Below, piece by piece: positions 25,479 to 38,818 of a DNA stretch of 64,000 nt. The first letter of the stretch is position 1, and every line of letters starts with the position of its first letter. Where the stretch lies: the NCBI RefSeq assembly GCF_041146345.1, contig NW_027191404.1:1736001-1800000 (forward strand). The letters are read 5' to 3'. Under the pieces are notes generated by a model, which ran no database searches, was not told the DNA's origin, and saw only the letters and a list, made by a program, of their open reading frames with translations. The DNA comes from Neodothiora populina (Eukaryota). The position numbers and the translations under genes were made by a program.

Positions 25479-27619
25479 TCAGTTCAGGCTCAGAACACCT
25501 CCCTGATGAGCGAAAGTCGTTTGGTACTCTCGCAAATCTGCCCAGTGACGCAGCTCCGCTTCTTCATCTTCGGGCTGGTCTGGGTCGCCGTTAGCGGGAC
25601 TGACCCGTTCCAGCTTGACTAAGATATCTAAGAAGGCGGCGAGGTATTGCTCGGCCTGCTGGGCAACCATGCCCTTGCGGGACTTGGGAACATCGAGGAG
25701 TGTGCTCGCTACGGATCGAACCTTTGTTGTCTGCTCATATGTTAGATGATAAAATTCGTGAAAGGTCACTGACAAAACTTACGAAGCTGTCCGCATTGGG
25801 CTCCATGTTCACTCGATCAATGGTGCTGAGAACGACGAGAAGACCTTTGACGATTTCATCTCGCTCGCGCGTCATCTCGTCTCCCGTCTCCTGGGCACTC
25901 ACGGCCGCTTGTGCAAGGAGACCATCAAGACCAACTCCCATCACGCCCGGTGATACTGGAGATGAGTTGGGTTGCTGAGACTTGACCTTCTCGTATGCTT
26001 CACAAAGGTTGAAGTACTTCTCCACGAGGTATGATCGTGTGGATAAGCTGCTCGCGTATATATTGGCCTTCTGGATCTCGTATTGTCTTCGTCGGCGATC
26101 TTCAGGTGTCGCGTCAACATCGTTGGGGTTCAGGGTCGCAGGATCGTGGGGCACAGAGAATTGGCCGATGTCGAAGCCAATCTGATTGCCGTTCTGCTGG
26201 TCTTGGAAGTTCGAAGCAGGCCAGACGATGAGTTCCTGAGGAAGGTTGTGGATGGCTGCTTTGCATTTATGCAAAGACTCGTGTAACACCTTCTTTTGCC
26301 TCTCCCAATCAATTACAGCATTGATGCCCCACGCTAGCTCCATGGTGGACAATGCATTGTATGACTTGTAGATGCGTACATTGGCATTGAACCCTGCAAT
26401 CATTGGCAGCAGGCCGGGCGGCTGCGGTTCGATGTGGTGAGGGAATATGCAGAAGTCGTCAACCTCGGCAGGCAAGGGCGGGTAAGGGTCAGACGGGGTT
26501 TCTGGAGGAATGACCAGCTCGCTGAAGACGGAGCCCAATTGACGGATTGACTTGCAACTGACAAAGATGGTCCAAAAGATGCGGCGGCCCATCTCCAGCG
26601 TGATGTGGTCCACTGGCTGGTCTCTGTTGCCTTCAAAGTTGGGTCCATTGAAACCGAGGGCAGGGGGCAGGCTACCTAGCCGGTTGAAGCCTTGGTCGGT
26701 AGGCTTGTGAAGTCCCAAGGCCTTGAGAATAGACAGACTCTCTCCAAAGTAGAGGCGACCTTGGCGCCATCTGAAGGTGTACCAGCCTGTGAGGCCTAGG
26801 AAGTAACTCGTCGCCGCGTCGTGAACGCTGAGAGATTCGCTCTCCAGATAGCCTACTCCACGTGCTTCGGCACAGACCTTTTGGCACCTTTGCACAAGGG
26901 CCATATGATTGGGGAAGGCACGCTCCTTGCGTTGGGCTTTGAGATGCAGTCTCGGCTTGCGGGGGAAAGAGGCGACAAGTGCGGCCAACATAGAGGCCAA
27001 GAGTGCCAGGAAGGGTCTGTTGTTGTAGTCTTCTCTCCGCTTCCAAGCCTCACGAAAGCTCGGTTCATGTGGGAAAGGGCAGAGAGGATGAATGTATGTG
27101 AAGAAGTCATTGACCAGTAGATCTAATGTTTGAAAGTCGCAGATAGACTCGGCGGAGAGCGGCGGACTGGCAGGATGCGACGATAGCGCCGCAAGAGCCT
27201 GGGCAGCGTGAGTCGGAGATGAAGGGGTAGATTGGCCGGATAGGTGAGGAGATTCTAGACGTCGGCGCTTGATGGCTTCGGCATGTCGATTGGGAGGACC
27301 GCGGCGGCGGCTGGGACGCTCGAATGTGCAGGGGATATCGAGAGCTGCGCAAGCTCTGCAGGGAGGTCCAGACTCGTCACACTGTAATTCGTTAGCAATC
27401 CGATCCTTTGGGATGAATAGCGGACTCTGGTAAAAGTCGGACGTACCTTGACCTTGCGGATACTGCAGGAGTCGCACGCCTTCCGCAGGCGATTAGCCTT
27501 CTGCGGTTGATCGAGTTGCGATGGCGGCCCTGACTGCGGCTGGATGGGTGAATGCTGGTGCTGCTGTAGCTGCGCATGGGCTAGCTGATGCGGAGAGGGT
27601 TGTTGCGATAGTTGTTGCG

Positions 27620-27656
<37 letters not shown>

Positions 27657-27689
27657 GTGATGCTGCTGCTGTTGTTGTTGTTGTTGTTG

Positions 27690-27737
<48 letters not shown>

Positions 27738-28052
27738 TTGCTGAGGCACCGGATGAGGCTGTGATAGCTGCTGATGTTGGGCGTGCTGAGGTTGGACCTG
27801 ATGCTGTGATTGAGGCGGTAGAGACGCCGGTGGCTGCTGTTGCAACTGCTCGATTCTCTGCTCGATGTGATTCGGCGCATTGGGATCCAGAGGCTCACTC
27901 TCGACCTTGGGGTAGATGGATGAGGTCAGATGGGAAAAATTCAGCTGCTCCTGCTGCACGGGGTCCAGCAGCTGCTGCGCACCGGTGGTGGTGGGATAGA
28001 GAGGCGTGTAATGCTGCTGGTCCGGCTGCGGTGGCGGAGGATAGTTGGACAT
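25479..28052 (-). CDS. Zn(II)2Cys6 transcription factor with a long polyQ N-terminus
   Basis: KACDSCSIRKVK|CDESGPPCRACAALDIPCTF is joined across intron 27446-27382. Fungal TF middle region FFTYIHPLCPFPHEPSF...RRIFWTIF. A second intron spans 25782-25731. The start is uncertain: there are in-frame ATGs at 28052 and further upstream to ~28136. Confidence 0.9.
27612..27742 (-). repeat. Coding CAG/CAA microsatellite (polyglutamine)
   Basis: On the plus strand, blocks of (tgc)n, (tgt)n and (tgctgt)n encode roughly 40 glutamines interrupted by HH. Confidence 0.95.
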
Positions 28053-28770
28053 TTGTGCGTCCATCCACACCTGGAAATGATGGTTCTGTTGCATAAAGGG
28101 TAAGTTGTGGAAAAAGACCGGCATCGTGGTGCACATGGCGGACGAAAGAGGTAGTAGCTCCCTATGACAGAGGGGCTGACTAGGGTAGAGCGAGGTAGGG
28201 CAAAACGCGACACTGGGATCAATGTCCACTCGAGTCACGCGTCGAATGAGCCACAAACAATGCTGTCGAGAGGCTTATGATTTGCAGTGCGCAGAGACAA
28301 TGAAACGTAACAGATTCCCCAAGGACGGTGCAGGTACCAGATGGGATCGCGTGTGCCAGCGTAGTATGTAATCAAGAAGGGCCAACGGACGTGAGAGCGA
28401 GACGGGGATCAGGGGAATAGGTATTAGGGGGGTGTGAACGAGATGGGGAGGGAGGGAGAGAGTAATGTCAAGGAGCCAAAAAGTGCGCCGGCACGCGTGG
28501 TTTTTGACTTACCCACAACGATGACTAGCAAGGTCTAGTGATCGGGAGAACGGATTGCAGTGGATTGGAGGCAACAGAAGGGTACTGTACTTCTGGGTGG
28601 AGGTTCATGGACCGTCTGTATGATGCGTTGCCATCGCCGCAGAGATGCGCAGAACAGTACGGCGTAGCGTAAGGTAAGAGCAGCAGAACAAGTCAAAGCA
28701 CAAGCACAAAAGTACGCACGAGCGCCAGAGGCTCGTCGGAAGCCGCAAGCGCAAGCAAGCGTAAGCGCGT

Positions 28771-28857
28771 CCCTTTGGCTCCGCTTGGCTCCCTTTGGCT
28801 TCCTTAGGTTCGTTCCCTTAGGTTCGCTCCCTTTGGCTCCTTTGGCTCCTTTGGCTC
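28771..28857. repeat. Imperfect tandem array of CTTTGGCTC-like units upstream of the polyQ Zn2Cys6 gene
   Basis: Six TTGGCT cores and two CCTTAGGTTCG units within 87 bp. Confidence 0.85.
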
Positions 28858-31800
28858 ATCATCCGCCCGCTTTGAACGCCGTGAAATCCCTCGTTCTGCT
28901 CGTTCCGGAGCCTAAACCTGCCGAAGCTTGCTTCCACACCTCGAACCTCCACAGCACATCTTACCATAAATTACCATAACTCAGCACATAAACTTCACCC
29001 TTTTGACTTCGTCCATCTATACCTGCACTATCTTTGTTCCTTTTTCATGTACTACCGGTACACTGTACCTGTCTGCGTTACGTGTCCGTTCCCGTACCAC
29101 TCCTTGTGACGCCTTGCCTAGTGCGTGCGATCCTCCCCTGTATGGCGCATCTAAGACTCTGTGCAGGCAATACCTTCGAGACAAGTACGGATGGTGCACT
29201 GTCTTCTGCTAGTACCTCTGTACCTTCGGTACCTGACCTCACCATCGGCACACCCTGCGTACCGTCTTTAACGGCACTCGTTGCATCGATTTGTGTACAG
29301 GAGCCTCACCTTATTCTACAATGGGGCCTGGTCGTGCTTGCACCCCATTCCGCCCATGTGTTAAGCCTATTTCTGACTACCTCATCATTCCTCTTTCCGA
29401 TACTTCCATGGGTACTACTGTACGATCCAAAGCTCGTGCACTTTGTACCTCTCGTGCATGCATCAGGACTGCGTCTTTGCCTCACATGTATTATTTACTG
29501 CTCTGTTTCAGCTTCTACTCCGGTATCTGAGGTTTCTCTGCCGTCAGTGCTGATCCCGTCCGTCCGGACAACGTCTATTTACTGCAGTACAGAGTATGTT
29601 CTTACGTGCTGTTCAAGATCTATTATTCTACAGGCAATGCGCATGTCGATCCCTGACTCGGATATGAATGTTGAGACCTTTACTCACCATGCCTGTATAG
29701 AACTGCGCTTTCCACGCACTAAGAAGCCACACCTGATACTCATCAACGTGCTTCTGATATCTTCATCTCCATTTGATCAAACGTGCCAATTCAGCATGAG
29801 AAGTCGGACTTCTCGCCATCCCCCATCTCTAACCCCGATGCCATGCTCTAGCGCTGCCATGATGCCAAGCCTCATTAGCCTCACGAGCTTGGCTTCAGCC
29901 TACTGTACTGTATTGTATGGGCATGCAGAATGATGCAACCAAAAGCAGGTAGGGCGTAGCGTGGGAAGACTACCCGCTTTCTATGCATGCAGAGAAGCTT
30001 CGGTTTTCCTTCTTTTGGATGCCATGCTTGGCCGCGGTGCGCCTTCTAGATTGCTAACTTTACTCTTCTTCATATTGCCGTGTTTCATGTCGCCACGAGC
30101 GGAGCTCTGTTTTTAGATCCAGCCAAACCTGCTGAAGCAGTGCACATTATACACCACCTGAATGCTGGTGCTAAGACGAACAGTAGCCTCACTTGCTTGC
30201 ATTGCTCGCTGAAGCCTGTCACCACCGCTGGTCCGGAGGTCGAAGGTGGCCGATCGAGCAGTGGTACAGGTTGCCATGATTCACCTCATCCTTACCATTC
30301 CTTGCGCAACGTTCGATGTCTCCTGTCGGCCTTATTATATCAGCGTGTATACGCTAGTCTCCAGCGACTCTGCTCATAAAGTTTACTTCTGATGCGCTGG
30401 TAAGATCTCGCCATCTGCTCTGTGTTTATGGACCCGCTCATGAGCACATTCTGATCATGGTCTTACTGCTCTGCAAGATATTGTCATCCGCGTTTCTTTG
30501 TATTGGTCCATCGATGATCGAAATAATCTCATCCTCTTTAGCGTGTTCCTTTGACACCAAAATTGTTGCTGTCGCCCTCGACACTTCGAAAACTTTAAAT
30601 TCGTAAGTCATGGTATGCGGAAGCGGAGTTTTGCACAATCAGCCGCACGCGTTGTGTTGTCCCAAAGCCGATAATTGGAATTTGCAAAGCCGACTACCAG
30701 CTCATCCGAAGCCGTACTGCACATGATCCCATTTCAATGTGGGAATGACTTGATTCCGTGATCACTCGTCTCTCTAATCCCTATGTAGTCCTCTGGCCTG
30801 TGCATTGACGATCGTGTGATGTTTATAGGCATACTGTACGAGAAAGGAAGCCGCCACATCTGACAGACACTGCTCGCTGTGACTCCCAACGTCAACTGCG
30901 AAGTTGATGTGGAACATGCATGCATGCTGAGCGTATACGAGACACGGCTGTATGAAACAACGAATGCTTTTGTCTGTGCCGCAAAAGTGTTGTCGAAGAA
31001 AAAGACGGGTTTCCCCCCCACCACTGTCATAGCCACGTGTATACATGCAAATTATACACCCTCGAGTCTACAGTAAATGCGGCGTCAGGCATTTTCAGCC
31101 TGTGGCACGTGCGCGACTCTACCTTACAAGGGCCTAAGACCTCTCTGGTTGGGCATTACAGATCTGTTTGTTGCAACGCCTAGTGTTCAGCTCACCCTTG
31201 CACCATATGAAAGTCATGTTATTGGGGGACTATGAGCGCTACCTTGATTCCTGATCGACACAAGATCAATCCGTGCGGTATGTATGTGCGCCAGGATCAT
31301 GCGTATAATCACCATGACAATGGGTGTTGGGAGACGACTCGACCAAAAGGATACCTTAACAGTAAACTCTGCCTGGGCTCAGGACAACGCAGGCAGTATG
31401 CTAGGTCGCTAGATCGCGTCAAAGGGTCTAGATGGAGCTGATAAGCCCATCCATCTTTGTAGGCAGCTCAAACTCAAATCAACTGAATCGCAGACCTGCT
31501 GGGGCCATAGGCTCTGACGCTTTTCATTTTGTTGTGATATCAAAGAAACAGTAAGTAATTACTATGCGTCTGCCATGTCGGGACAATTCGAGATTCCTTG
31601 TAGCGTTTGAGGCTCCTAAACCTCTAGCGTAACTGCCGAGTCAAGATAAGGTACTAAACTCACGGGATCGAGCTAGTTTGTGGGGATGAGAGCGGCCTCT
31701 ATCCCGCTTTGTCCGTGACCGAATCCCCAGCTCCTCACTCAATCTCCTAGACCCGACCGTTCATGTCGTCTCTCGAGTTTATTCCACCCCATCCTTCGTG

Positions 31801-32004
31801 TCGAGTGTCCTCAAGAAGCCAAGAAATCCTTTTGAACACAACTGCGGGCCGTTCTCCGAACATTGTCCATTTTGATAAGAGGCCAGAGTCAAAAACGACA
31901 AGAGCACAGACAGCTTGATTGGCAACCTCTCATCCATTGTTTTACGTACTGTACCACACGTAGAAGATATGCTATGCTAGGTTTAGTGTACCCTCTTGTT
32001 GCCC

Positions 32005-34503
32005 ATGGCGGCTTCGGCGCGGCTGATCCTTGCAAATGCCGCATCAAATCCTAATTCCTCAATAACTTCTTTGTTACCAAACGGACCATGTAGTTATCGC
32101 AAGCTGGATGCTGGGCACCAAGCGCCCGTCTGTGGCTGTCAACAGTTCTGGCTCGATGAACCCCAGTTCCAGAGCAGTAGTAGCGATCGAGGGAATGCCA
32201 GGGCTTGGTGCTTCTGTGGGCACCATGCGTGCTTTCATTACCTGGGCTCCGAACACCATCCGACTGTTGGGTCCAGACTCCTCGACTCATGTGAGGCCAT
32301 CGGTCAACAGCCATCGCAAGCATCTTATCTACCGTCTACAGCGCCGCCTAGTGTGGCTTCCCATATTGACACACGATCATTGCAGGATACATATGAGGGT
32401 CAGAGGGACGCATGGGGCCGCAATGCGGGCTTGACAGCTGCTCTCGATCGTGCTCAGACCCCTGAAGATGCGAATGGCAGTGCGACAGAAGTGAATACAC
32501 CAAGTCCCCGGATTGAGATACAAACCAACGTGACACGCAGCTTCAGCATTCCTCAACCAGCTCGAGCCGATGCTTTGCCAGATTCGGTCCGAAATGGAGA
32601 GGGCGACTGTGAACTACATACTGGAAAAGAGGTACCAAGTCCTGTGATACTACCGCACCAGCAGCCTTCGTCCACGTGTATAAGCAAAAGCCTCCCGCAC
32701 GAGCTAAGAAACATTATCCAGAGCTACGCTCGACGTCTTGATACCCTAGAGCATGCTTCCTTCTCTTTGGTACCTGTCGAAGACATGCAGGAAAAGCTCG
32801 AACTAGTGGACGGTCGATTGCTTGATTTGGAAGGATGGCGAGCTGACACGGAAGCCGCAGCGGGTGTGCAGGACCACTCCGATGCGGACTCCAGGAACTC
32901 CATTGATTCCAAGATCGAGGCAATCGAACGACTCAACGACATCGAGGCTAGGTTAGATGTATTGGAAAGTGTGCTGCCTTCATTCGCACATCCCTGGGAG
33001 CTCGAAGTTGTAATGCTACCTTGGGGGAAGGACTTACAAGGTATCTGGGTGTCGCCACCAAGATGCGATGAGAATGGTGAACACAACTTATCGAGGCGTT
33101 TTGGAACATTGGAATCTTGGAACAGAACGAGTTCGTCTGGTCCGAGGTCGTTCACAAATCAAGATGATGTGGACGATGATCATGTAGGATGGATGCCAAC
33201 ATGGTCCATGGTCGCCGAAGACGGACTGATACCAAAAGCTCCTGGACCTAACAGTGTCATCTTCCGAAGATTACAGAGTCGAGGTCTCGTTCGCAAAGTC
33301 AGCATAACAGACTGTGGTGCGAGTCACATTTGGGATGCAGTCATGGATGCCTTCCATGCATTCCTGGTTCAGAACGCTGCACAAAGCGACCGATTTACAT
33401 CAATATTTGCCGACTCTCAGGGGGTGAAGCAACCGATCTTACCGCTCCGAAAGGTTCGTCGCTCTCCATACCTTCGATTCCTGGGATCGCATGAGATGCT
33501 CTCATCAGCGCTCTGGGATTTTGCCTTTCTCAAATCAGGCATACTCATGAAGGTCAATGGATCTTATCGGCTCTATGTGACCACTTCAGATGCATACGCA
33601 CAGACAGACGTTTGTCATTGGTCTTGGTCATCCATTCGCGATCTCCCACGTGAACCTGATCAACACGGTCTTATGGGCTCAGAGCGGCCGAACGGCCGTA
33701 ATTTTGACTATAGCGCAAGTGACGAACGGTGCTGGGGTCGTCACCCGATACTGGATCGAGTCCCTAGTTCCCAGCCATCGTCGCCATCGTCTGATGAGGA
33801 ATCCGAGATTGGCACTACAAGGATGCGAGCGCCACGCTCTTTCGACGACAGGACTCCGTCACGGAGACTCTCATCGCCCATACCATCCATGGCAAACACC
33901 CAAGGCACGCGGCTTCAAAGCGTATCTGCCCGGGCTACCACAGAACGCACACCGATGCCATCGTCCTCGAAGAGAAGTTATGCCTCCTTCGAGGATTCTC
34001 GATTGCACCAAAAACGACGACGGACATCCAAATCAGCGGAGACGGAGCGGCGACTTTCGCGTCTGACGCCACGGTGGTCAAGCGAACCAGAATCACATGT
34101 CCTGCCGCCAATTGATGCACAGCACGACTCTGTTCACGAGATGGAGGATGGGGGCCCCCAATTCGCGTACGCTACACCGCACAGCAACAGTGTTGCCGCC
34201 TTCTACGTGGATGATGGGGGTGACACGGAGCGAGACTCTGACGTAGACGTCAGATTAAGATGTACCTTGCCATCTTCCTCGGATAGTGAAGCCGAATGGG
34301 AAGGGGTAGACGACGAAGAGCTCCCTACTGTGTCATCTGCCAGATTCAGCGATGGTGAGTCGGTCGTACAAAGCGTCGGCGGTGAAGGTGTCGCAGGCTC
34401 GAGTCTCAAGGGTCAGATGATGTCCTCTGGTGGCGAAGATAGCGATGACGACATGTACGATGATATAGATGAAGGCTTGACAATATACGACGCCCGACTA
34501 TGA
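32005..34503 (+). CDS. Hypothetical protein (832 aa) with an N-terminal Cys/His cluster and coiled segments
   Basis: Intronless 2.5-kb ORF with GPCSYRK...CGCQQFW...WCFCGHHACFH, PSFAHPWELEVVMLPWG, RLQSRGLVRKV and LPLRKVRRSPYLRFL, plus an acidic disordered tail. Confidence 0.85.
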   Translation: MAASARLILANAASNPNSSITSLLPNGPCSYRKLDAGHQAPVCGCQQFWLDEPQFQSSSSDRGNARAWCFCGHHACFHYLGSEHHPTVGSRLLDSCEAIGQQPSQASYLPSTAPPSVASHIDTRSLQDTYEGQRDAWGRNAGLTAALDRAQTPEDANGSATEVNTPSPRIEIQTNVTRSFSIPQPARADALPDSVRNGEGDCELHTGKEVPSPVILPHQQPSSTCISKSLPHELRNIIQSYARRLDTLEHASFSLVPVEDMQEKLELVDGRLLDLEGWRADTEAAAGVQDHSDADSRNSIDSKIEAIERLNDIEARLDVLESVLPSFAHPWELEVVMLPWGKDLQGIWVSPPRCDENGEHNLSRRFGTLESWNRTSSSGPRSFTNQDDVDDDHVGWMPTWSMVAEDGLIPKAPGPNSVIFRRLQSRGLVRKVSITDCGASHIWDAVMDAFHAFLVQNAAQSDRFTSIFADSQGVKQPILPLRKVRRSPYLRFLGSHEMLSSALWDFAFLKSGILMKVNGSYRLYVTTSDAYAQTDVCHWSWSSIRDLPREPDQHGLMGSERPNGRNFDYSASDERCWGRHPILDRVPSSQPSSPSSDEESEIGTTRMRAPRSFDDRTPSRRLSSPIPSMANTQGTRLQSVSARATTERTPMPSSSKRSYASFEDSRLHQKRRRTSKSAETERRLSRLTPRWSSEPESHVLPPIDAQHDSVHEMEDGGPQFAYATPHSNSVAAFYVDDGGDTERDSDVDVRLRCTLPSSSDSEAEWEGVDDEELPTVSSARFSDGESVVQSVGGEGVAGSSLKGQMMSSGGEDSDDDMYDDIDEGLTIYDARL

Positions 34504-35187
34504 AATTGTACAAGGGTGATTCATGGGCGGATCGATTCCTGGATTTGGATTGTTCGGAAGAGTCTCCACACTACAAGCGGCAAGCCTGTAATATAGAGTA
34601 CGGATGGTAAGGTACATAAACATAGATAAATATAAATCTTCACTCTGAGCAATAGCCTGCTTCTCACTCATCGCGCCGACCATCAGAACCCCTGACAGTG
34701 GCAAGGATGATAAGATCTGCAGACTAGACTTGCGGTGTTTGAGGTTTGGAGTGGCAGACCAGGCATCATCATATTTAGCGCAGGGGGTTGATGTGTAGGT
34801 TCTGTGCATACAAGTACTGTAGTCGTGCTATTCTTGGCAAAAACATAATTATGTGGGGGAGGGTCGAGGCTCTATTTACTGTACATGTGCTCCATACTCT
34901 AGAAGCAGCCATGTCTGTCTTAGTTGTCGAGTGTCACTTCCGGACCCACAACAACAGCCCTTGGATGGAGATTGCGTTTCGTAGTCACAAAACAGCTGAA
35001 TTGACAGCTCTCGATAGCTCCAACTCAAGACGCAGCAGGAACATCTGAAAGAAGCAGCGCCGGCTCTGGCAGCGCCAACATACCACGTTTCCCTGAGCAT
35101 GAACTATACTTAGTGCCTGTATGGTCCACAAATACATTCCAGTCTGCGCTCAACATCAACACACTTCTTTCTCGTATCTAGAGGCTA

Positions 35188-38100
35188 ATGGCCGAGTTCT
35201 CTTTCACCGCGGGTGCTCTGGGTTCGCCAGCCAGGACACCGCTGGGAACACCTTCGGCTGATCCGAATGGCAACAAAGCGAATCGCTTCAGACCACCTGT
35301 CGCCCCCAGTCCTGGAGGCTACCAGCAAGGCAGCGGTACCCCTGGTGGAGCTACCTCTGCATACAATGCGCCAGGTGGTCAATCGGCAGCAGGAGGCTAT
35401 TTCCCAGAGCAGCCAGCGGTGCCACAGCAATACTCTCAGCCACAGCAGCCATACCCAGCAGCCCCGATGCAGCATCCAGTCGCACAAGAGCAGGGAGATG
35501 TGGACGGTCTGGCAGGTCACATGGGAGCCATGGGTCTGGGGGGAGAGGTTCCTGTTGCTCCGCGTGCGCACAAGAAGAAGGACAGACATGCATACCATCA
35601 ACTCGATACCCCTGCTGCTTCGGCTCCTTCTCCCGCCGCTGCACAGTCCCACTTCTTGAACACGAGCGGCACTCCCGCCGTACCAGGTGCGGGCAGTCCA
35701 TATATGTCGACTTTCCCGGCTCCTGTCGCACCACACTTCAATTCGACATATGCTGCCCCTCCAGCAGGTACACACGGCGATCAATTACTTGGTGCACCTG
35801 CATCTTCTGCCCAAGGCCGTGTAGATCCAGACCAGATTCCCAGCGTCCCCAAGTCGCGAGACGGCCCTGCACGTTACTACCTCGAGCGCATCTATCCCAC
35901 CATGGAGCTTCACCTTCCGCCACCCGCTGCGGTCCCCTTTGTCGCTTTCGACCAGGGCAACTGCTCGCCCAAGTTTGCGAGACTCACACTCAATTGTATT
36001 CCCACCACGGCGGACGCGCTGGCGAGCACTGGCTTGCCTCTCGGCCTGATACTTCAGCCACTCGCCCCTCTGCAGGAGGGTGAACAAGCCATTCCCGTGC
36101 TAGACTTTGGCGATGCGGGCCCGCCACGCTGCAGGCGCTGCAGAGCATATATCAATCCTTTCATGACTTTCAGGTCGGGCGGCAACAAGTTCGTCTGCAA
36201 TATGTGCACGCATCCCAACGATGTGCCGCCAGAATACTTTGCGCCCACAGACCCATCCGGCATCAGAGTCGATCGCGCTCAGAGACCGGAATTGACCTTG
36301 GGCACTGTCGAATTCATGGTTCCCAAAGAATACTGGGCAAAGGAGCCGGTGCCCTTACACTGGCTGTTCGTGATAGATGTTACCATGGAGGCTTCCACCA
36401 GGGGGTTCCTCGAGGCTGTGTGCAAGGGCGTCCTCCGTGCCATATACGAAGATGTCGAGCCTGCAGACGGTGCCACCGAGGGTACGAAGAAGAGCAGACT
36501 GCCTCCCGGTGCCAAAGTGGGCATCATTACTTTTGATCGCGAAGTCCATTTCTACAACTTGAGCGCCGGCCTGGACCAAGCACAGATGATGGTTATGCCT
36601 GACGTCGAGGACCCCTTTGTTCCATTAGCCGAGGGCCTGTTCGTTGATCCGGAGGCATCAAAGCCGTCAATCGTGTCGTTGCTCGAGCGATTGCCACAAA
36701 TGTTCGCCGCCACAACGAATCCAGAGCCAGCGTTGTTGCCCACACTTAATGCTGCACTCGCTGCGCTCGCCCCCACTGGCGGCAAGATCGTGTGCTCCGT
36801 CTCCACGCTACCGACATCTGGTCCGGGCCGACTATTCATGCGAGACAAGAACGAGGGTCGTGACACAGATGCCGAGAGGAAGCTGTACACAACAGAACAC
36901 CCCGGCTGGAAGAAGACGGCTGCGAAGATGGTCGAGTCGGGCGTTGGTGTCGACTTCTTCATGGCGGCCCCAAGCGGCGGTTACCTCGACATAGCCACGA
37001 TAGGTGAGTGCAATTACTGTCACACATTGATCATCTTCCACTAACACTGTGCAGGCCATTGCTGCGAGGTAACTGGCGGCGAAACTTATTATTATCCAAA
37101 TTTCCACAACCCGAGGGACCTTCTCAAGCTCGAGAAGGAGATACAGCACACCGTCAATCGCGAAACGGGCTACCAGTCGCTGATGAAGGTGCGCTGCTCG
37201 AATGGTCTACAGATATCGGGTTATCACGGCAACTTTACGCAACACACGTTTGGTGCAGACCTCGAGTATGGTGTCATAGACGCGACCAAGGCGCTCGCGG
37301 TCCTGTTCAGCTACGACGGCAAGCTCGATGCCAAACTCGACGCGCACTTCCAGAGCGCACTCCTGTACACGACCGCGTCCGGCGAGCGTAGAGTGAGATG
37401 TAGCAACATTGTGGCGAGCGTCAGCGACGGAGCAATGGAGAGCATGAAGGTCGTGGACCAGGATGCTGTGGTGAGCGTCATCGCAAAAGAAGCAGCAGCA
37501 CGAGCAACCGAGCGCACCCTGAAGGATGTCCGAAACGCTCTCGCCGAGAAGACCATTGACATTCTTGCTGGTTACCGAAAGAACTTTTCCGGATCGCATC
37601 CGCCGGGACAGCTCGTCCTTCCGGAGAATCTCAAGGAGTTCAGTATGTACATGTTGGGATTGATCAAATCCCGCGCGTTCAAGGGAGGTCGCGAACCCAG
37701 CGACCGAAGGGTACACGACATGCGCCTGATCAAGTCCATGGGCCCAATGGAGCTTTCACTTTACCTATACCCTCGCATCTACTCGATACATAATCTAGAC
37801 CCCCAGGACGGCTTCGCAGACGAAAACGGTCGGCTGCGCATGCCCGCCGCCATCCGGGCATCATTCTCACAAATCGAAGAGGGTGGCGCATACCTCGTGG
37901 ACAATGGACAGACGTGTCTTTTGTGGCTACATGCTCAAGTGTCACCCAATCTCATAGAGGATCTCTTCGGCCCCGGTTTGAATGAGCTACAGCAACTGGA
38001 TCCGTTCTTGTCGAGCGTTCCGGTACTAGACACGCTCCTGAACGCCCAAGTCAGGAACATACTACAATACATGGAGATCAACAGGGGCTCCAAAGCGTTG

Positions 38101-38384
38101 ACCATCCAGATGGCTCGCCAGGGCCTCGATGGTGCAGAATATGAGTTTGCACGACTGTTGTACGAGGATCGCAACGGCGAGGCACAGAGCTATGTCGACT
38201 GGCTTGTCCACGTGCACAGGCAGATACAGATGGAGGTAAGCCAAGTAGCATCACACTGGTTTTAGTCTATGCATGACTGACACGTCGACAGCTATCTGGG
38301 CAGCGCAAGAAGGATGAAGCATCCGGCGATCTCACAGCTTCTGTGGCTTCTACATTTGCAGGTTTGAGACCTCATTGGGGCTGA
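35188..38384 (+). CDS. SFB3: COPII coat Sec24-family subunit, Sfb3/Lst1 type
   Basis: Pro-rich N-terminus; zinc finger PPRCRRCRAYINPFM...CNMC; trunk domain FVIDVT; beta-sandwich MKVRCSNGL; helical LPENLK; gelsolin-like C-terminus. Introns at ~37003-37054 and 38236-38291. Confidence 0.9.
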
Positions 38385-38818
38385 TAGCACGACTGATTGT
38401 ATCGGATGACGAGAACACGAACGCATCGCGAGGGATGAAGGGGGGGCGTCTTCTCTGCATAATAGCGTAGCGACGTATAGGTGCTAAAAGTGGCGGTCTT
38501 AGAGCTAGAAGCTAGCAGGAGTATCGAAAGACTTTGTGAGCGATACCATTATTTTATTGAAGGGTTGTGTTTGTCTCGATCGAAAACATGTATTGTACTG
38601 TGTATATGCAATTCACGACACGAGTCATGTTGGTGTCCACACTTGAATCAAGCTCAATACAGCTGTGGGCTGGGTGGAAGCAGTCCGCCAAGATTTCGTC
38701 TGCACGTGATGCGCACAAATCAGTGCCTTGGCGAATTCAATCTCCCACACTCAAGTTCGGATTTTCTTGAAGTTCGGTTTCTGAATCTGACTATCGACAC
38801 GACAAGTACTTCGACAAT

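Noticed and set aside
29034..29933. 299-codon plus-strand ORF
   Set aside because: TTG start, L/S/C/P-rich composition typical of pyrimidine-rich non-coding DNA, and no recognisable motif.
34492..34503. C-terminal ARL as a PTS1 on the 832-aa protein
   Set aside because: The strongly acidic upstream context is unfavourable, so this is probably coincidental.
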